Shown one piece after another: positions 44,371 through 54,951 of a stretch of 64,000 nt of DNA. Under the pieces are notes generated by a model. It saw only the letters and a program-made list of their open reading frames with translations, did no database searches and had not been told where the DNA came from. How positions within the stretch are numbered: the stretch's first letter is position 1; every line of letters starts with the position of its first letter. The position numbers and the translations under genes were made by a program. Source of the DNA: Heterodontus francisci (Eukaryota); NCBI RefSeq assembly GCF_036365525.1, contig NC_090378.1, forward strand, positions 120,947,593-121,011,592. Reading direction: 5' to 3'.

Positions 44371-46457
44371 GATCATAAGATCATAAGATCATAAGAACTA
44401 GGAGCAGGAGTAGGCCGTCCGGCCCCTCAAGCCTGCTCCGCCATTCAATAAGATCATGGCTGATCTTTTCGTGGACTCGGATCCACTTACCCGTGCTCCC
44501 ACCGTATCCCTTAATTCCTTTATTGTTCGAAAAGATATCTACCTTAGCTTTAAAAAGTTTACTGAAGAAGCGTCAACTACTTCACTGGGCAAGGAATTCC
44601 ATAGCTTAACAACCCTCTGGGTGAAGAAGTTCCTTCTTAATTCAGTCCTAAATCTGCTCCCTCTAATCTTGAGGCTATGCCCTTTGTCCTTGCTTCACCT
44701 GCCAGTGGAAACATCCTCTCTACTTGTATCTTACCTATTCCCTTCATGATTTTATATGTTTCTATAAGATCCCCCCTCATTCTTCTGAATTCCAATGAAT
44801 ATAATCCCAATCTACTCAGTCTCTCCTCATAAGCCAACTCCCTCAACTCCAGAATCAACCTAGTGAACCTCCTCTGCACCCTCTCCAGTGCCAGTATACC
44901 CTTTCTCAAGTAAGGAGACCAAAACTGCACACAGTACTCCAGGTGCGGCCTCACCAGTACCTTATACAGCTGCAACATAACCTCTCTGCTTTTAAACTCA
45001 ATCCCTTTAGCAATGAAGGACAAAATTCCATTTGCCTTCCTAATTACTTGCTGTACCTGCAGACCAACCTTCTGCGATTCATGCACAAGGACACCTAGGT
45101 CCCTCTGCATAGCAGCATGCTGCAACTTTTTACCATTCAAGTAGTAATGCTTTTTCCTGTTACTCCTACTGAAATGAATGACTTCACATTTGTTAACATT
45201 GTATTCCATCTGCCAGACCTTTGCCCACTCACTCAATGTATCTATGTTCCTCTGCAAAGTTTCACAGTCATCTGCACACTTTGCTCTGCCACTCATCTTA
45301 GTGTCATCTGCAAACTTTGACACCCTACACGTGGTCCCCAACTCCAAATCACCCATATAAATTGTAAATAATTGCGGTCCCAACACCGATCCCTGAGGCA
45401 CACCACTAGTGACTGATTGCCAACCAGAATAGCACTCATTTATCCCCACTCTCTGCTTCCTGTTAGTCAACCAATCCTCTATCCATGCTAATACTTTACC
45501 CCTAACGCCATGCATCCTTATCTTATGCAGCAGCCTCTTGTGCAGCACCTTGTCGAAGGCCTTTTGGAAATCTAGGTACACCACATCCACTGGGTCCCAA
45601 TTGCCCACCTTGCTCGTAATGTCATCATAGAATTCCAAAAGATTTGTCAAGCATGACCTGCTCTTCATGAACCCATGCTGTGTCTGCCCAACGGGACAAT
45701 TTCTATCGAGATGCCCTGCTATTTCTTCCTTGATAATAGACTCAAGCATCTTCCCCACTACAGAGGTTAAGCTAACCGGTCTATAATTCCCCATCTTTTG
45801 TCTACCTCCCTTTTTAAACAGTGGCGTCACATCTGCTGCTCTCCAATCAGCTGGGACTACCCGAGAGTTCAGCGAATTTTGGAAAATTACCGTCAGTGCA
45901 CCTGCTATTTCTCCCGCCATCTCTTTTAGTACCCTGGGATGCATTCCATCAGGGCCAGGAGACTTATCGATCCTTAGCTCCATTAGCTTGCCCAACACTA
46001 CCTCTTCCGTAATAATGATTGTTCCCAGGTCCTCACCTACGTTCGTCTCTTTGTCAATTACTGGCTTGTTATTAATGTCCTCCACTGTGAAGACCGATAC
46101 AAAATACCTGTTCAATGCCTCAGCCATTTCATCATATCCCATAACTAAATTCCCCTTCTCATCCTCTGAAGGACCAACGTTTACTTTAGCCACTCTTTTT
46201 CGTTTTATATATTTATAGAAACTTTTGCTATCTGTCTTTATATTCTGTGCTAGTTTTTTCTCATGTTCTATCTTACTTTTCTTTATAGCTCTTTTTGTAG
46301 CTTTCTGTTGACCTTTAAAGTTTTCCCAATCTTCTAGTTTCATGCTGCTTTTGGCCACTTTGTATGCCTTCTTTTTCAATTTGATAGCCTCCCTTATTTC
46401 CTTAGACACCCATGGCAGATTACCCCTTTTCTTCCAGTCCTTCCTTTTCACTGGATC
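44371..46457 (-). mobile_element. 5'-truncated CR1-clade LINE (RT domain, 3' UTR, 8-bp repeat tail), relatively young
   Basis: Long open frame with CR1 ORF2 motifs KSPGPDGMHPRVLKE, NYRPVSLTS, QHGF, YLDFQKAFDKV, GVPQGSVLGP, KFADDTK, RPHLEYCVQFWSP. 3' tail is (GATCATAA)3 on + at 44371-44394. GGATC occurs at both ends. Confidence 0.96.
44637..46455 (-). pseudogene. CR1 ORF2 reverse transcriptase remnant (no endonuclease domain, C-terminal frameshift)
   Basis: About 600 open codons within ORF 44637..46529. The N-terminal ~24 residues of the called ORF come from flanking DNA. The end (TKGIASRLEGADLGLN*) is frameshifted: another frame continues ...SLKIRGSRFRTELRRNFFTQRVVKLWNSLP. Confidence 0.9.
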
Positions 46458-46625
46458 CATAATGTCTCTCTTCCTAACCACCTTCACCGCTAATGCCTCC
46501 AGCATCACATCCATCATCCCAGCATTCACTTTGAAACCATTTAAATTGCATTAATATTATTCAGTTCAGATTTCCTTTAAAAGGGACAGCCTGCCGTTAA
46601 GAAGAGCAGGCTGACTGCAAAACAT

Positions 46626-47307
46626 GGGACAGGAGTTTATCCAGGTGACAGGGTCCCGACTCCAGCAAAAGACCCACCAAGAACCCCGCGTTACCTTTTC
46701 TGTGGGAGGCTCACCAAATAAAGTACCAATTAGGCACGTAACTGGACAGCAGTGGGCCTTTCCTGGGATCAAGGACCCCACTGAAGTCCCGCCCTCTGAG
46801 AACTGCCGGCCAATCAGAGTAACTGAGCAGCGCCACAGTGGAGGCAATGGCTGCTGGCAGTGGAGAACCAACCCAAGGCCTCGGAGCGGTGCAGGAACCA
46901 GGTCACAGGTAGGTCAGGGCAGGAGTGGTCCCGTGGGGTGGGGGTCATATTTGAGAGGTGTGTAGGGGGGTCAGCATCAAGGGAAGGGGGGTTGACTCTC
47001 AGCGGGCCCCCATTCCCGATACTGGGTTCTGCGTTCAGGCACTAAGTGTCTTTTAACAAGGGACACTCCCCTCCCCAAATGGAGCCAGGAAGCAACTCGC
47101 ACGGTTTTTCTTGTTATGCTCCCCGTGTGGCGACAGGCCCCGCCCACAGCTGGGCTAATTGTGGTGGCAGTGTAATGAGGTAATTGGGAATTAATTACCC
47201 TCTAAAGGGCCTTAATTGGCGGTGGTCCCTCCCCCGTCACCATCCCACCCGATTATCGTCTCTCCCACCTCCAAACCCGCCATGGGGGAGGGAATAAAAC
47301 TCCCCCC
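46626..47307. mobile_element. Putative non-autonomous DNA transposon (MITE-like, possibly Harbinger-related)
   Basis: GC-rich block bounded by imperfect inverted ends: left CATGGGACAGGAGTTTATCC, right end reverse-complemented CATGGGGGGAGTTTTATTCC. Internal TAATT-rich motifs, no credible ORF. Family is inference. Confidence 0.4.
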
Positions 47308-47774
47308 ATGGTTTGTGAACAACACGACTGGGACCACCTGAGGAACACAGAGACTGTCATCAGTGTCTGTAAACAATTTCTAATCATCTTGTTCACATCT
47401 TGTTTACTCAATTCTGCTTTTTGGTAAAATATAAAATCTACATCTCAACATTGTCCAACTTTAGCACAGCCTGTCTGTATATATTACTCAGCAGGATATA
47501 TCTTCACTGAGAAGGAGACCTTTTTAACTATAATAATGACACATCTCTGATAATCATCTTCATAATTCTTTTATTGTATCTTTCATCCATTCTGTGTTTA
47601 TTGGCAGAAAGCTCTGGTTTCTGCTTTGCTGTATGTAGAAACCATTTGTAATGTTTTTGGTGCTGTTCAAATTTACTTCATCAAACTTACATTTAAAATA
47701 TGCAGTCATTATTCTGAATGGTATTGACTGTAACTAGCTCAGATCTGACTCCCAGCAGCTGAAATAGAGAGAAG

Positions 47775-48916
47775 GAGGAATGGAGAACAGATGGAGGGAG
47801 GGATGGAGATCAGATAGAGGGAGGGATGGAGATCAGATGGAGGGAGGGATGGAGCTCAGATAGAGGGAGGGATGGAGATCAGATGGAGGGAGGGATGGAG
47901 ATCAGATAGAGGGAGGGATGGAGATCAGATAGAGGGAGGGATGGAGATCAGATGGAGGGAGGGATGGAGCTCAGATAGAGGGAGGGATGGAGATCAGATG
48001 GAGGGAGGGATGGAGATCAGATAGAGGGAGGGATGGAGATCAGATGGAGGGAGGGATGGAGATCAGATAGAGGGAGGGATGGAGGTCAGATAGAAGGAGG
48101 GATGGAGATCAGATCGAGGGAGAGATGGAGATCACATGGAGTGAGGAATGGAGATCAGATGGAGGGAGGGATGGAGATCAGATGGAGGGAGGGATGGAGA
48201 TCAGATAGAGGGAGGGATGGAGATCAGATAGTGGGAGGGATGGAGATCAGATGGAGGGAGGGATGGAGGTCAGATAGAGGGAGGGATGGAGGTCAGATGG
48301 AGGGAGGGATAGAGGTCAGATGGAGGGAGGGATGGAGGTCAGATGGAGGGAGAGATGGAGATCACATAGAGTGAGGAATGGAGGTCAGATGGAGGGAGGG
48401 ATGGAGATCAGATAGTGGGAGGGATGGAGAACAGATGGAGGGAGGGATGGAGGTCAGATAGAGGGAGGGATGGAGGTCAGATGGAGGGAGGGATAGAGGT
48501 CAGATGGAGGGAGGGATGGAGGTCAGATAGAGGGAGGGATAGAGATCAGACAGAGGGAGGGATGGAGATCAGATGGAGGGAGGGATGGAGATCAGATGGA
48601 GGGAGGGATGGAGATCAGATAGAGGGAGGGATAGAGATCAGACAGAGGGAGGGATGGAGATCAGATGGAGGGAGGGATGGAGATCAGATGGAGGGAGGGA
48701 TGGAGATCAGATAGAGGGAGGGTTGGAGGTCAGATAGAGGGAGGGTTGGAGGTCAGATAGAGGGAGGGATGGAGCTCAGATAGAGGGAGGGATGGAGCTC
48801 AGATAGAGGGAGGGATGGAGATCAGATAGAGGGAGGGATGGAGCTCAGATAGAGGGAGGGATGGAGCTCAGATAGGGGGAGGGGTGGAGCTCAGACGGAG
48901 GAAGGGATGGAGCTCA
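47775..48916. repeat. 23-bp purine-rich minisatellite (GGAGATCAGAT[A/G]GAGGGAGGGAT), about 50 units
   Basis: Direct reading of tandem units, with variants GGAGCTC and GGAGGTC. Confidence 0.97.
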
Positions 48917-49044
48917 GGGAGGTGTTTATCTGAGAGGAAAGAGGTTGTCCCTTCACCAATCCATGCAGCTCCCTGCTCCCCCATCCTGAGGACAGACTCC
49001 ACTACAGTTAGATGGTTTTCACCTTGTACTTTTTACTGATATGA

Positions 49045-49517
49045 TGGATGAATGGGGCCCTGGCTGGGGACTGCACTGGATGAATGGAGCCCTGGCTGGA
49101 GACTGCACTGGATGAATGGAGCCCTGGCTGGAGACTGCACTGGATGAACGGAGCCCTGGCTGGAGACGGCACTGGATGAATGGAGCCCTGACTGGAGAGG
49201 GCACTGGATGAACGGAGCCCTGGCTGGAGACTGCACTGGATGGATGGAGCCCTGGCTGGAGACTGCACTGGATGAATGGAGCCCTAGCTGGAGACTGCAC
49301 AGGTTGGATGGAGCCCTGACTGGAGACTGCACTGGATGAACGGAGCCCTGGCTGGAGACTGCATTGGATGAACGGAGCCCTGGCTGGAGACTGCACAGGA
49401 TGGATGGAGCCCTGGCTGGAGATTGCACTGGATGAATGGAGCCCTGGCTGGAGACTGCACTGGATGAACGGAGCCCTGGCTGGAGATTGCACAGGATGAA
49501 TGGAGCCCTGGCTGGAA
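49045..49517. repeat. 32-bp minisatellite (GGATGAATGGAGCCCTGGCTGGAGACTGCACT), about 15 units
   Basis: Direct reading of tandem units. Confidence 0.97.
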
Positions 49518-49654
49518 ACTGATGAATATAATCTTGACTCCAAACACTGAGCCATGGCTGATACTTTACATGCAGCAAGGGTTCGAATGTAATTCCACCA
49601 TTGTATTAGAAATTGGGCAGGAACTGGCGCACTCCGGATCTATAGACTCCTGTC

Positions 49655-50095
49655 TTCAATGACTGAGCATCCACTGCTCTCTGGGAAACAGAATTCCAAA
49701 GATTCACAGCCCCTTGAGTGAAGAACTTTCTCCTTATCTCAGTCCTAAATGGCCGACCCCTTATTCTGAGACTGTGACCCCTAGTTCGAGATTCCCCAGC
49801 CAGGGGAAAACATCCTCCCAGTATCTATCCTGTCAATCACATTACAAATTGTATACGTTTCAATGAGATCATCTCTTCTTATTCTAAATTCCAGGGAATA
49901 ATGTCCCAGTCTATTCAATCTCTCCTCATAGGACAATCCCCTCATCCCAGGAATCAGTCTGGTGAATCTTTGCTGCACTCCTTCCAAGGCCAGTATATCC
50001 TTCCTGAGGTAAAGAGACCAAAACTGTCCACAGTTCTCCGGGTGTGGTCTCAGCAAGGTCCGATCCAACTGCAATAAGACTTCTTCACTCTTCCA
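49655..50095 (-). mobile_element. Degenerate CR1 LINE fragment (ORF2 C-terminus)
   Basis: ORF 49781..50146 reads EVLLQLDRTLLRPHPENCGQFWSLYLRKDILALEGVQQRFTRLIPGMRGLSYEERLNRLG, clearly homologous to the C-terminus of the CR1 at 44.6-46.4 kb. Confidence 0.9.
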
Positions 50096-50116
50096 TGTAC
50101 AGGAGCTGACACAGAG

Positions 50117-50168
50117 TCTCTCTCTCTCTCTCTCTCTCCATCTCACTCTCTCTATCTATCTCTCTCTC
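50117..50168. repeat. (CT)n microsatellite, imperfect
   Basis: TCTCTCTC... tract read directly. Confidence 0.9.
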
Positions 50169-50465
50169 AATCTGTATCCCGTCTTCTACCTCTGATGGTG
50201 TTCTATGGATGTGAGTGTTTAATCTCAGGTGGTGTTTGTCAGTATATTTTCTCTACTGTATTGTTTATGAACATGGTGAGAGGGGATAAGGGGCCTGTTC
50301 TTTGATGTGAGGCAGTGATGTCTGTCCCAGTGACTCAGACTGTGATGCTGTTGTTTTCTGTGACTGACACTATGATATCGATTGTAATTTCACTCAGTGT
50401 GACAGGAGGTTACATGGCTTGATCAGTGGTGAGGGCGGAGCAGACTGAACAAGGAGCTGTAATCA

Positions 50466-50556
50466 TCAGTCACTGCCGAACACCTTCACACACACCGCAC
50501 AGTCCGGAAACTTCTTCACTAAATATTCTTTCAGCTCCTTAATTACAGCCCTGGAC
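50466..50556 (-). CDS. Candidate terminal coding exon of an unidentified minus-strand gene (xSRAVIKELKEYLVKKFPDCAVCVKVFGSD*)
   Basis: Strong acceptor TCTTTCTCTTTTTCCCTTTTCAG|G, then 29 protein-like codons and tandem TGA TGA, in non-repetitive DNA. No homology recognised. Confidence 0.45.
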
Positions 50557-50661
50557 CTGAAAAGGGAAAAAGAGAAAGACATCTTTTAGAGAGGGTCATG
50601 GACACAATGTAGACTGTGCATTACCCATTATTCTAAATTCCAGGGAATAATGTCCCAGTCA

Positions 50662-51020
50662 GGGCGGCACAGTGGCGCAGTGGTGAGCACCGCAGCCTCA
50701 CAGCTCCAGGGACCCGGGTTCGATTCCGGGTACTGCCTGTGTGGAGTTTGCAAGTTCTCCCTGTGTCTGCGTGGGTTTTCTCCGGGTGCTCCGGTTTCCT
50801 CCCACAAGCCAAAAGACTTGCAGGTTGGTAGGTAAATTGGCCATTATAAATTGCCACTAGTAGAGGTAGGTGGTAGGGAAATATAGGGAGAGGTGGGGAT
50901 GTGGTAGGAATATGGGATAAGTGTGGGATTAGTATAAATGGGTGGTTGATGGTCGGCACAGACTCAGTGGGCCGAAGGGCCTGTTTCAGTGCTGTATCTC
51001 GAAACTAAACTCAACTAAAT
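50662..51020 (+). mobile_element. tRNA-derived V-SINE (shark HE1-like)
   Basis: Pol III A box TGGCGCAGTGG (50673-50683) and B box GGTTCGATTCC (50717-50727). Central V-domain-like GTGTGGAGTTTGCAAGTTCTCCCTGTGTCTGCGTGGGTTTTCTCCGGGTGCTCCGGTTTCCTCCCAC. CR1-like 3' end GGGCCGAAGGGCCTGTTTCAGTGCTGTATCTC and an (AAACT)n-like tail. Confidence 0.92.
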
Positions 51021-51164
51021 TAATGACACTACGTCCACATTTAACTCATTGTTTAAACTCCAGCACACCTCCTGTTCCAATCCACATGTTTCAGCCAAAG
51101 AGCCGTATAATTCTGCAGCACAGGAGGAGGCCGTTCAGCCACTCGTCTCTCTGCCAGCTGTTTG

Positions 51165-51612
51165 CTCGAGTTATTCGAATCTGTTATTAGGGACAGAATG
51201 ACTGACAAATATAAACTGATCAGAGAGAGTCAGCACGGATTTAAAAAGGGTGAAACATGTTTAACTAACCGAGTTGTATTTTTTGAAGCGGTCACTAATG
51301 TGGTCGATAAGGGAATGTCTATGGATGTTATTTATATGGATTTCCAGAAGGCATTTGAGAAGGTTCCACACAAGAGACTGTTCGCAAAATGGAAGCATAT
51401 GGAATGTGAGGAAATGTTTTGACATGGGTAAGGAATTGGTTAGGAGGTAGGAGACAGAGAGTAGGGATAATGTGTATTTACTCCAGTTAGCAAGATGTGA
51501 ATAGTGGTGTCCCCAGGGATCTGTGCTGGAGTGTCAGCTTTTCACTATATTGATCAATGACTTGGATGAAGGAATAGAGACATCTATCCAAGATTGCAGA
51601 TGACACAAATAT
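51165..51612 (+). mobile_element. Degenerate CR1 LINE, RT portion (5' piece)
   Basis: LIRESQHGFKKGETCLTN...DVIYMDFQKAFEKVPHKRL, followed by remnants of the GVPQGSVL and ADDT motifs. Confidence 0.9.
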
Positions 51613-52045
51613 CCAAGATGAGGCAACATTTGAGGTGTTGCTGGAACAGGAGCCAATGTAGGTCAGTGATCACAGTGATGGGGGAATGTGACATGGTCTG
51701 GGTTCAGACATGGGCAGCAGAGTTTTGGATCAGCTCTAGTTTACAGAGGATGGTAACTGTGATGCGGTCAGGAGAACATTGGAATAGTCAAGTCTAGAGG
51801 TAACAAAGGCATGGATGAGGGTTTCAGCAGTAGATGAGCTGAGGCAGGGAGGACTCGGGCGAGGTTACGGAGGTGGAAATAGGTGGTTTTAATGATGATG
51901 TGGTTTATGTGGTCAGTAACACATCTCAGGGTCAAATACAACACCATGGCTGTGAACTGCCTGGTTCAGTCTCAGACAGTCCCTGGAAGAGGGATGGAAT
52001 CGGTGGCTCGGGAATGGAGTTTGTGACGGGGACCGAAGACAATGG
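51613..52045 (-). mobile_element. L2-clade LINE fragment lying inside the plus-strand CR1
   Basis: Minus strand encodes AETLIHAFVTSRLDYSNVLL, a hallmark of L2 ORF2. Similar to the 53350-53985 fragment. Confidence 0.8.
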
Positions 52046-52850
52046 CAGATGGAGTTCAATGTGGACAGTGTGAGGTCATCCAGTTTGGACCTGAGAAAGA
52101 TAAATCAGAGTAATTTCTAAATGGTGAGAAGCTGGGAACTGTGGAGGAACAGAGAGATTTAGGGGTCCAAGTACAGAAAGCATTAAAATCTAGTGACAGG
52201 TATAAAACATATTGAATAAGGCGAATGGAATGTTGGTCTTTCTATCAAGGGGACTGGAATACAAAGGGGTTTTACTCCAGTTGTATAAAGCTCTGGTTTG
52301 ACTGCATCTGGAGTAACTGTGTTCAGTTCTGGGCCCCGCACCTCAGGAAGAAGAGATTGGCCTTGGAGGGGGTGCAGCACAGATTCACCAGAATGATACC
52401 GGGACTGAAAGGGTTAAATTATCAGGACAGACTGTATAGACTAGGCTTGTATTCCCTTGAGTTTAGAGAATTTAGGGGTGATCTCATTGAGCTATTGAAG
52501 ATGAATAAAGGATTAAGATGATTCGGAGAGATGGAGAGAAACTGTTTCCACTGGTGGGGGAGTCGAGAACAAGGGGACATAATCTTAATATTAGAGCTCG
52601 GGGTGATGTCAGGAGGCATTTCTTCACATAAAGGCGAGTGGAAATCGGGAACTCTCTCCCTCATAAAGCTGTTGAGGCTGAAGATCAATTTAAACATTTA
52701 ACAATGAGCTTGATAGATTTTGTTGGGTCGGGGTATTGTGGGTTATGCAACCAAGGCAGGGAGATGGAGATCAGATACAGATCAGATGATCAAACTGGAG
52801 GATAGAACAGGCTCGATGGGCTGAACAGCCTCCTCCTGTTCCTATATTCC
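52046..52850 (+). mobile_element. Degenerate CR1 LINE, ORF2 C-terminus and 3' UTR (3' piece)
   Basis: QMEFNV..., CVQFWAPHLRKKRLALEGVQHRFTRMIPGLKGLNYQDRLYRLGLYSLEFREFRGDLIE. 3' end GGGCTGAACAGCCTCCTCCTGTTCCTAT. Confidence 0.9.
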
Positions 52851-53039
52851 CAATCCCACTACCCTGCTCTATCCCCATAGTCCTGTATTCTCCTCAGATT
52901 CACATGTTTATTGAATACAATTTGAATAAAAACCTGAAGTTTAATCCCGAGAGGCTGCTGAATGTTTAGTGAATTCTCGGTTTTGATTTCAGATTTCTAC
53001 TATCTGTAGTTTTTAGTTTCCAAACGCTGTTGATTGTTT

Positions 53040-53345
53040 TAATTCAAGGGTTTATTAATCTGCATTTCCACTTTCAAGGAATGATGTAATTGAACCCGAG
53101 ATCTCTCTGCTTCTACACATCCTTCATCAGCTTTTCACTCGTTTTCCTTCCAAAACCCATCATCTCAAACCCCTCGACATTGAATTGTGTCAGTCTCCGA
53201 TCTGTCCCTTCCCTGATCCCTCTCCCCGAGTCTTTGTCTCTTCTCCTCCCTGTTTGTCAAACCTCTCCTTCTGTGTAATCAGCACATTCCAATGATCGTG
53301 CTCCCTCTGTCCAAGACCAAATCATCGATATATATCAGCAACAAG
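53040..53345 (-). mobile_element. Highly decayed CR1-like RT fragment
   Basis: Minus-strand LLIYIDDL motif and an RDLG-like remnant. Weak. Confidence 0.45.
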
Positions 53346-53349
53346 TCAC

Positions 53350-53985
53350 CTCTTTAATGTAGAGAAACATCGCACGCCACCTCACATGACATCAGGAAAA
53401 CAGACACAAGTAATGCAGAGAGATTAGGAGGGGTGACCAAATGCTTGGTTAAAGATGTGGGTTTTAAGGAGGGTGAAGTGTTTCAAGGAGACCAAGGTTA
53501 AAGGAGGTTCTAGATACGGGGGGTGGGTCAAGACGACGGAGGGATTTAAATCCAGAGAGTAGAATTTTACATTGAAATTTGAGGGTGTTGGGGGATGGAA
53601 GCCCAATGTAGGTCAGCATGGACGGGGGTGATGGTGAACAGGACTTGGTTTGGAACAGGATAGAGAGAGCAGAGCTTCGGATGAGCTGAAGAATACAGAG
53701 AGTGGAGGATGGCAGTCTGGTCAGGAGAGCACTGGAATAGTAAAGTTGGAGGTGACAAAGACATGAAGAAGAGTTTCAGTAGCGGAAGGAGTGAGGGAGG
53801 GGCAGAGATGGGCAATGTTACAGAGGGGGAAGTGGATAATCATTGAGATGTGGAGGATTTGGGGTCAGATCAGGGTCAAAGATGAGGCTAAGGTTGTAAA
53901 GAGTCTGGTTCGGCAGCAGACAGTGTTCAGGGAGAGGGATGGAGTTTGTACCAGGAACTGAAGACAATGGCTTTGATCTTCCCAG
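53350..53985 (-). mobile_element. Degenerate L2-clade LINE 3' fragment
   Basis: Frameshifted L2 motifs (ITPVHADLHW, LLKTHIFNQAF). Shares CCAATGTAGGTCAG and GAAGACAATGGC with 51613-52045. Confidence 0.8.
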
Positions 53986-54148
53986 TGTGTTCCCCAGTGA
54001 GACTGGGTCCTCAGTGCTGACTGCTCTTAGCTGCTGTTATTTTCACTGATTGGACAGTTATTATTAGAGACTCCGACCACAGCACAAATCCCCAATGTAA
54101 AAAATAACTGCAAAGACTGTCAGATCGGAAGATTGAAACTTAACCAAC

Positions 54149-54181
54149 AGAGGAAGTGAAAGAAGGAGCTCGGAGCAGCTG
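54149..54181 (+). promoter_or_regulatory. Candidate B-cell enhancer motifs: Ets-IRF composite element plus E-box
   Basis: AGAGGAAGTGAAA (GGAAnnGAAA core at 54152-54161) and CAGCTG at 54176-54181, in a non-repetitive island about 3 kb upstream of the V gene. Motif match only. Confidence 0.4.
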
Positions 54182-54229
54182 GACGTTTGGTAATGACACG
54201 GGAGAAAACTGTGAACTGCACACACTACC

Positions 54230-54360
54230 TAGAATCTTACAGCACAAAGGAGGCCATTCAGCCCATCGTGCCTGTGAGCTACCCAATTAGTCCTACTGCC
54301 CCTCTCTAGCCCCATAACCCAGCAAATCTTTTCTTTTCAGGTATATCTCCAATTCCCTCT
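54230..54360 (-). mobile_element. Short CR1-type 3' end fragment
   Basis: TAGAATCTTACAGCACAAAGGAGGCCATTCAGCCCATCG is the reverse complement of a CR1/SINE-type 3' terminus. Confidence 0.6.
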
Positions 54361-54654
54361 TCGAGACCTGGGCCCACAGCACGAGACTGTCCCTAAACTA
54401 GGCTCGAAATTGGCATCTCATTCATTCATTGGAAGACAAAATGCCTGGTGTGGGAAATGGAGCTCAGGACTCCGAACATTCCGTCACCCCTCCTGAGGGA
54501 CACTTCATGCTGGGGTAATAGTTCCATGGGCCCCAACATCACATTCCAGCCTCATCCACTTCCCCATTCTGTGTGTGTAAGCCTGTCAACAAGACATTTG
54601 ACTACATTGGCCATCATCACAGTGTCCAATTCTGTCCCCACCTGAAATCCACAC

Positions 54655-54950
54655 AGAATTTGCATTTATATAGCATGTACAAAACATCCCAAAATGCTTC
54701 ACAGAGCCAGAGTAAGAGAAATAGTGGGGAGGGGTTGGGATGAGGGGACAACTGCATTTCAGACAAGTTGAGGTTTGTGAATGAAGGAATCTGGCAGAGA
54801 CTGTGGGAATAATGGAGTTAGGAGGCGAGGCAAGCAGGGATGAGGGTTTGTATGGTCAAGGGGCTGATGTAGTGTAGAGACGGGCAATGTTGTGGAGATA
54901 GACATAAGAGGCCAACATGATGGAGAGGATGTGGGGTTTGAAGCTCAACT
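54655..54950 (-). mobile_element. Decayed L2-like 3' fragment
   Basis: TTGCATTTATATAGC...AAAACATCCCAAAATGCTTCACAG terminus, and GGGCAATGTT shared with the 53.8-kb L2 piece. Confidence 0.5.
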
Positions 54951-54951
54951 A

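Noticed and set aside
50231-50270. GGTGTTTGT as the nonamer of a J-segment RSS
   Set aside because: No CACTGTG-like heptamer at 12 or 23 bp and no FGxG J motif downstream.
50662-50735. tRNA gene
   Set aside because: The A and B boxes belong to a SINE head; it continues into V-domain and LINE-derived tail sequence and lacks a full cloverleaf.
54658-54665. Perfect octamer ATTTGCAT as an Ig promoter element
   Set aside because: It is 2.5 kb from the ATG and lies at the end of an L2-like repeat remnant (TTGCATTTATATAGC). No leader exon follows.
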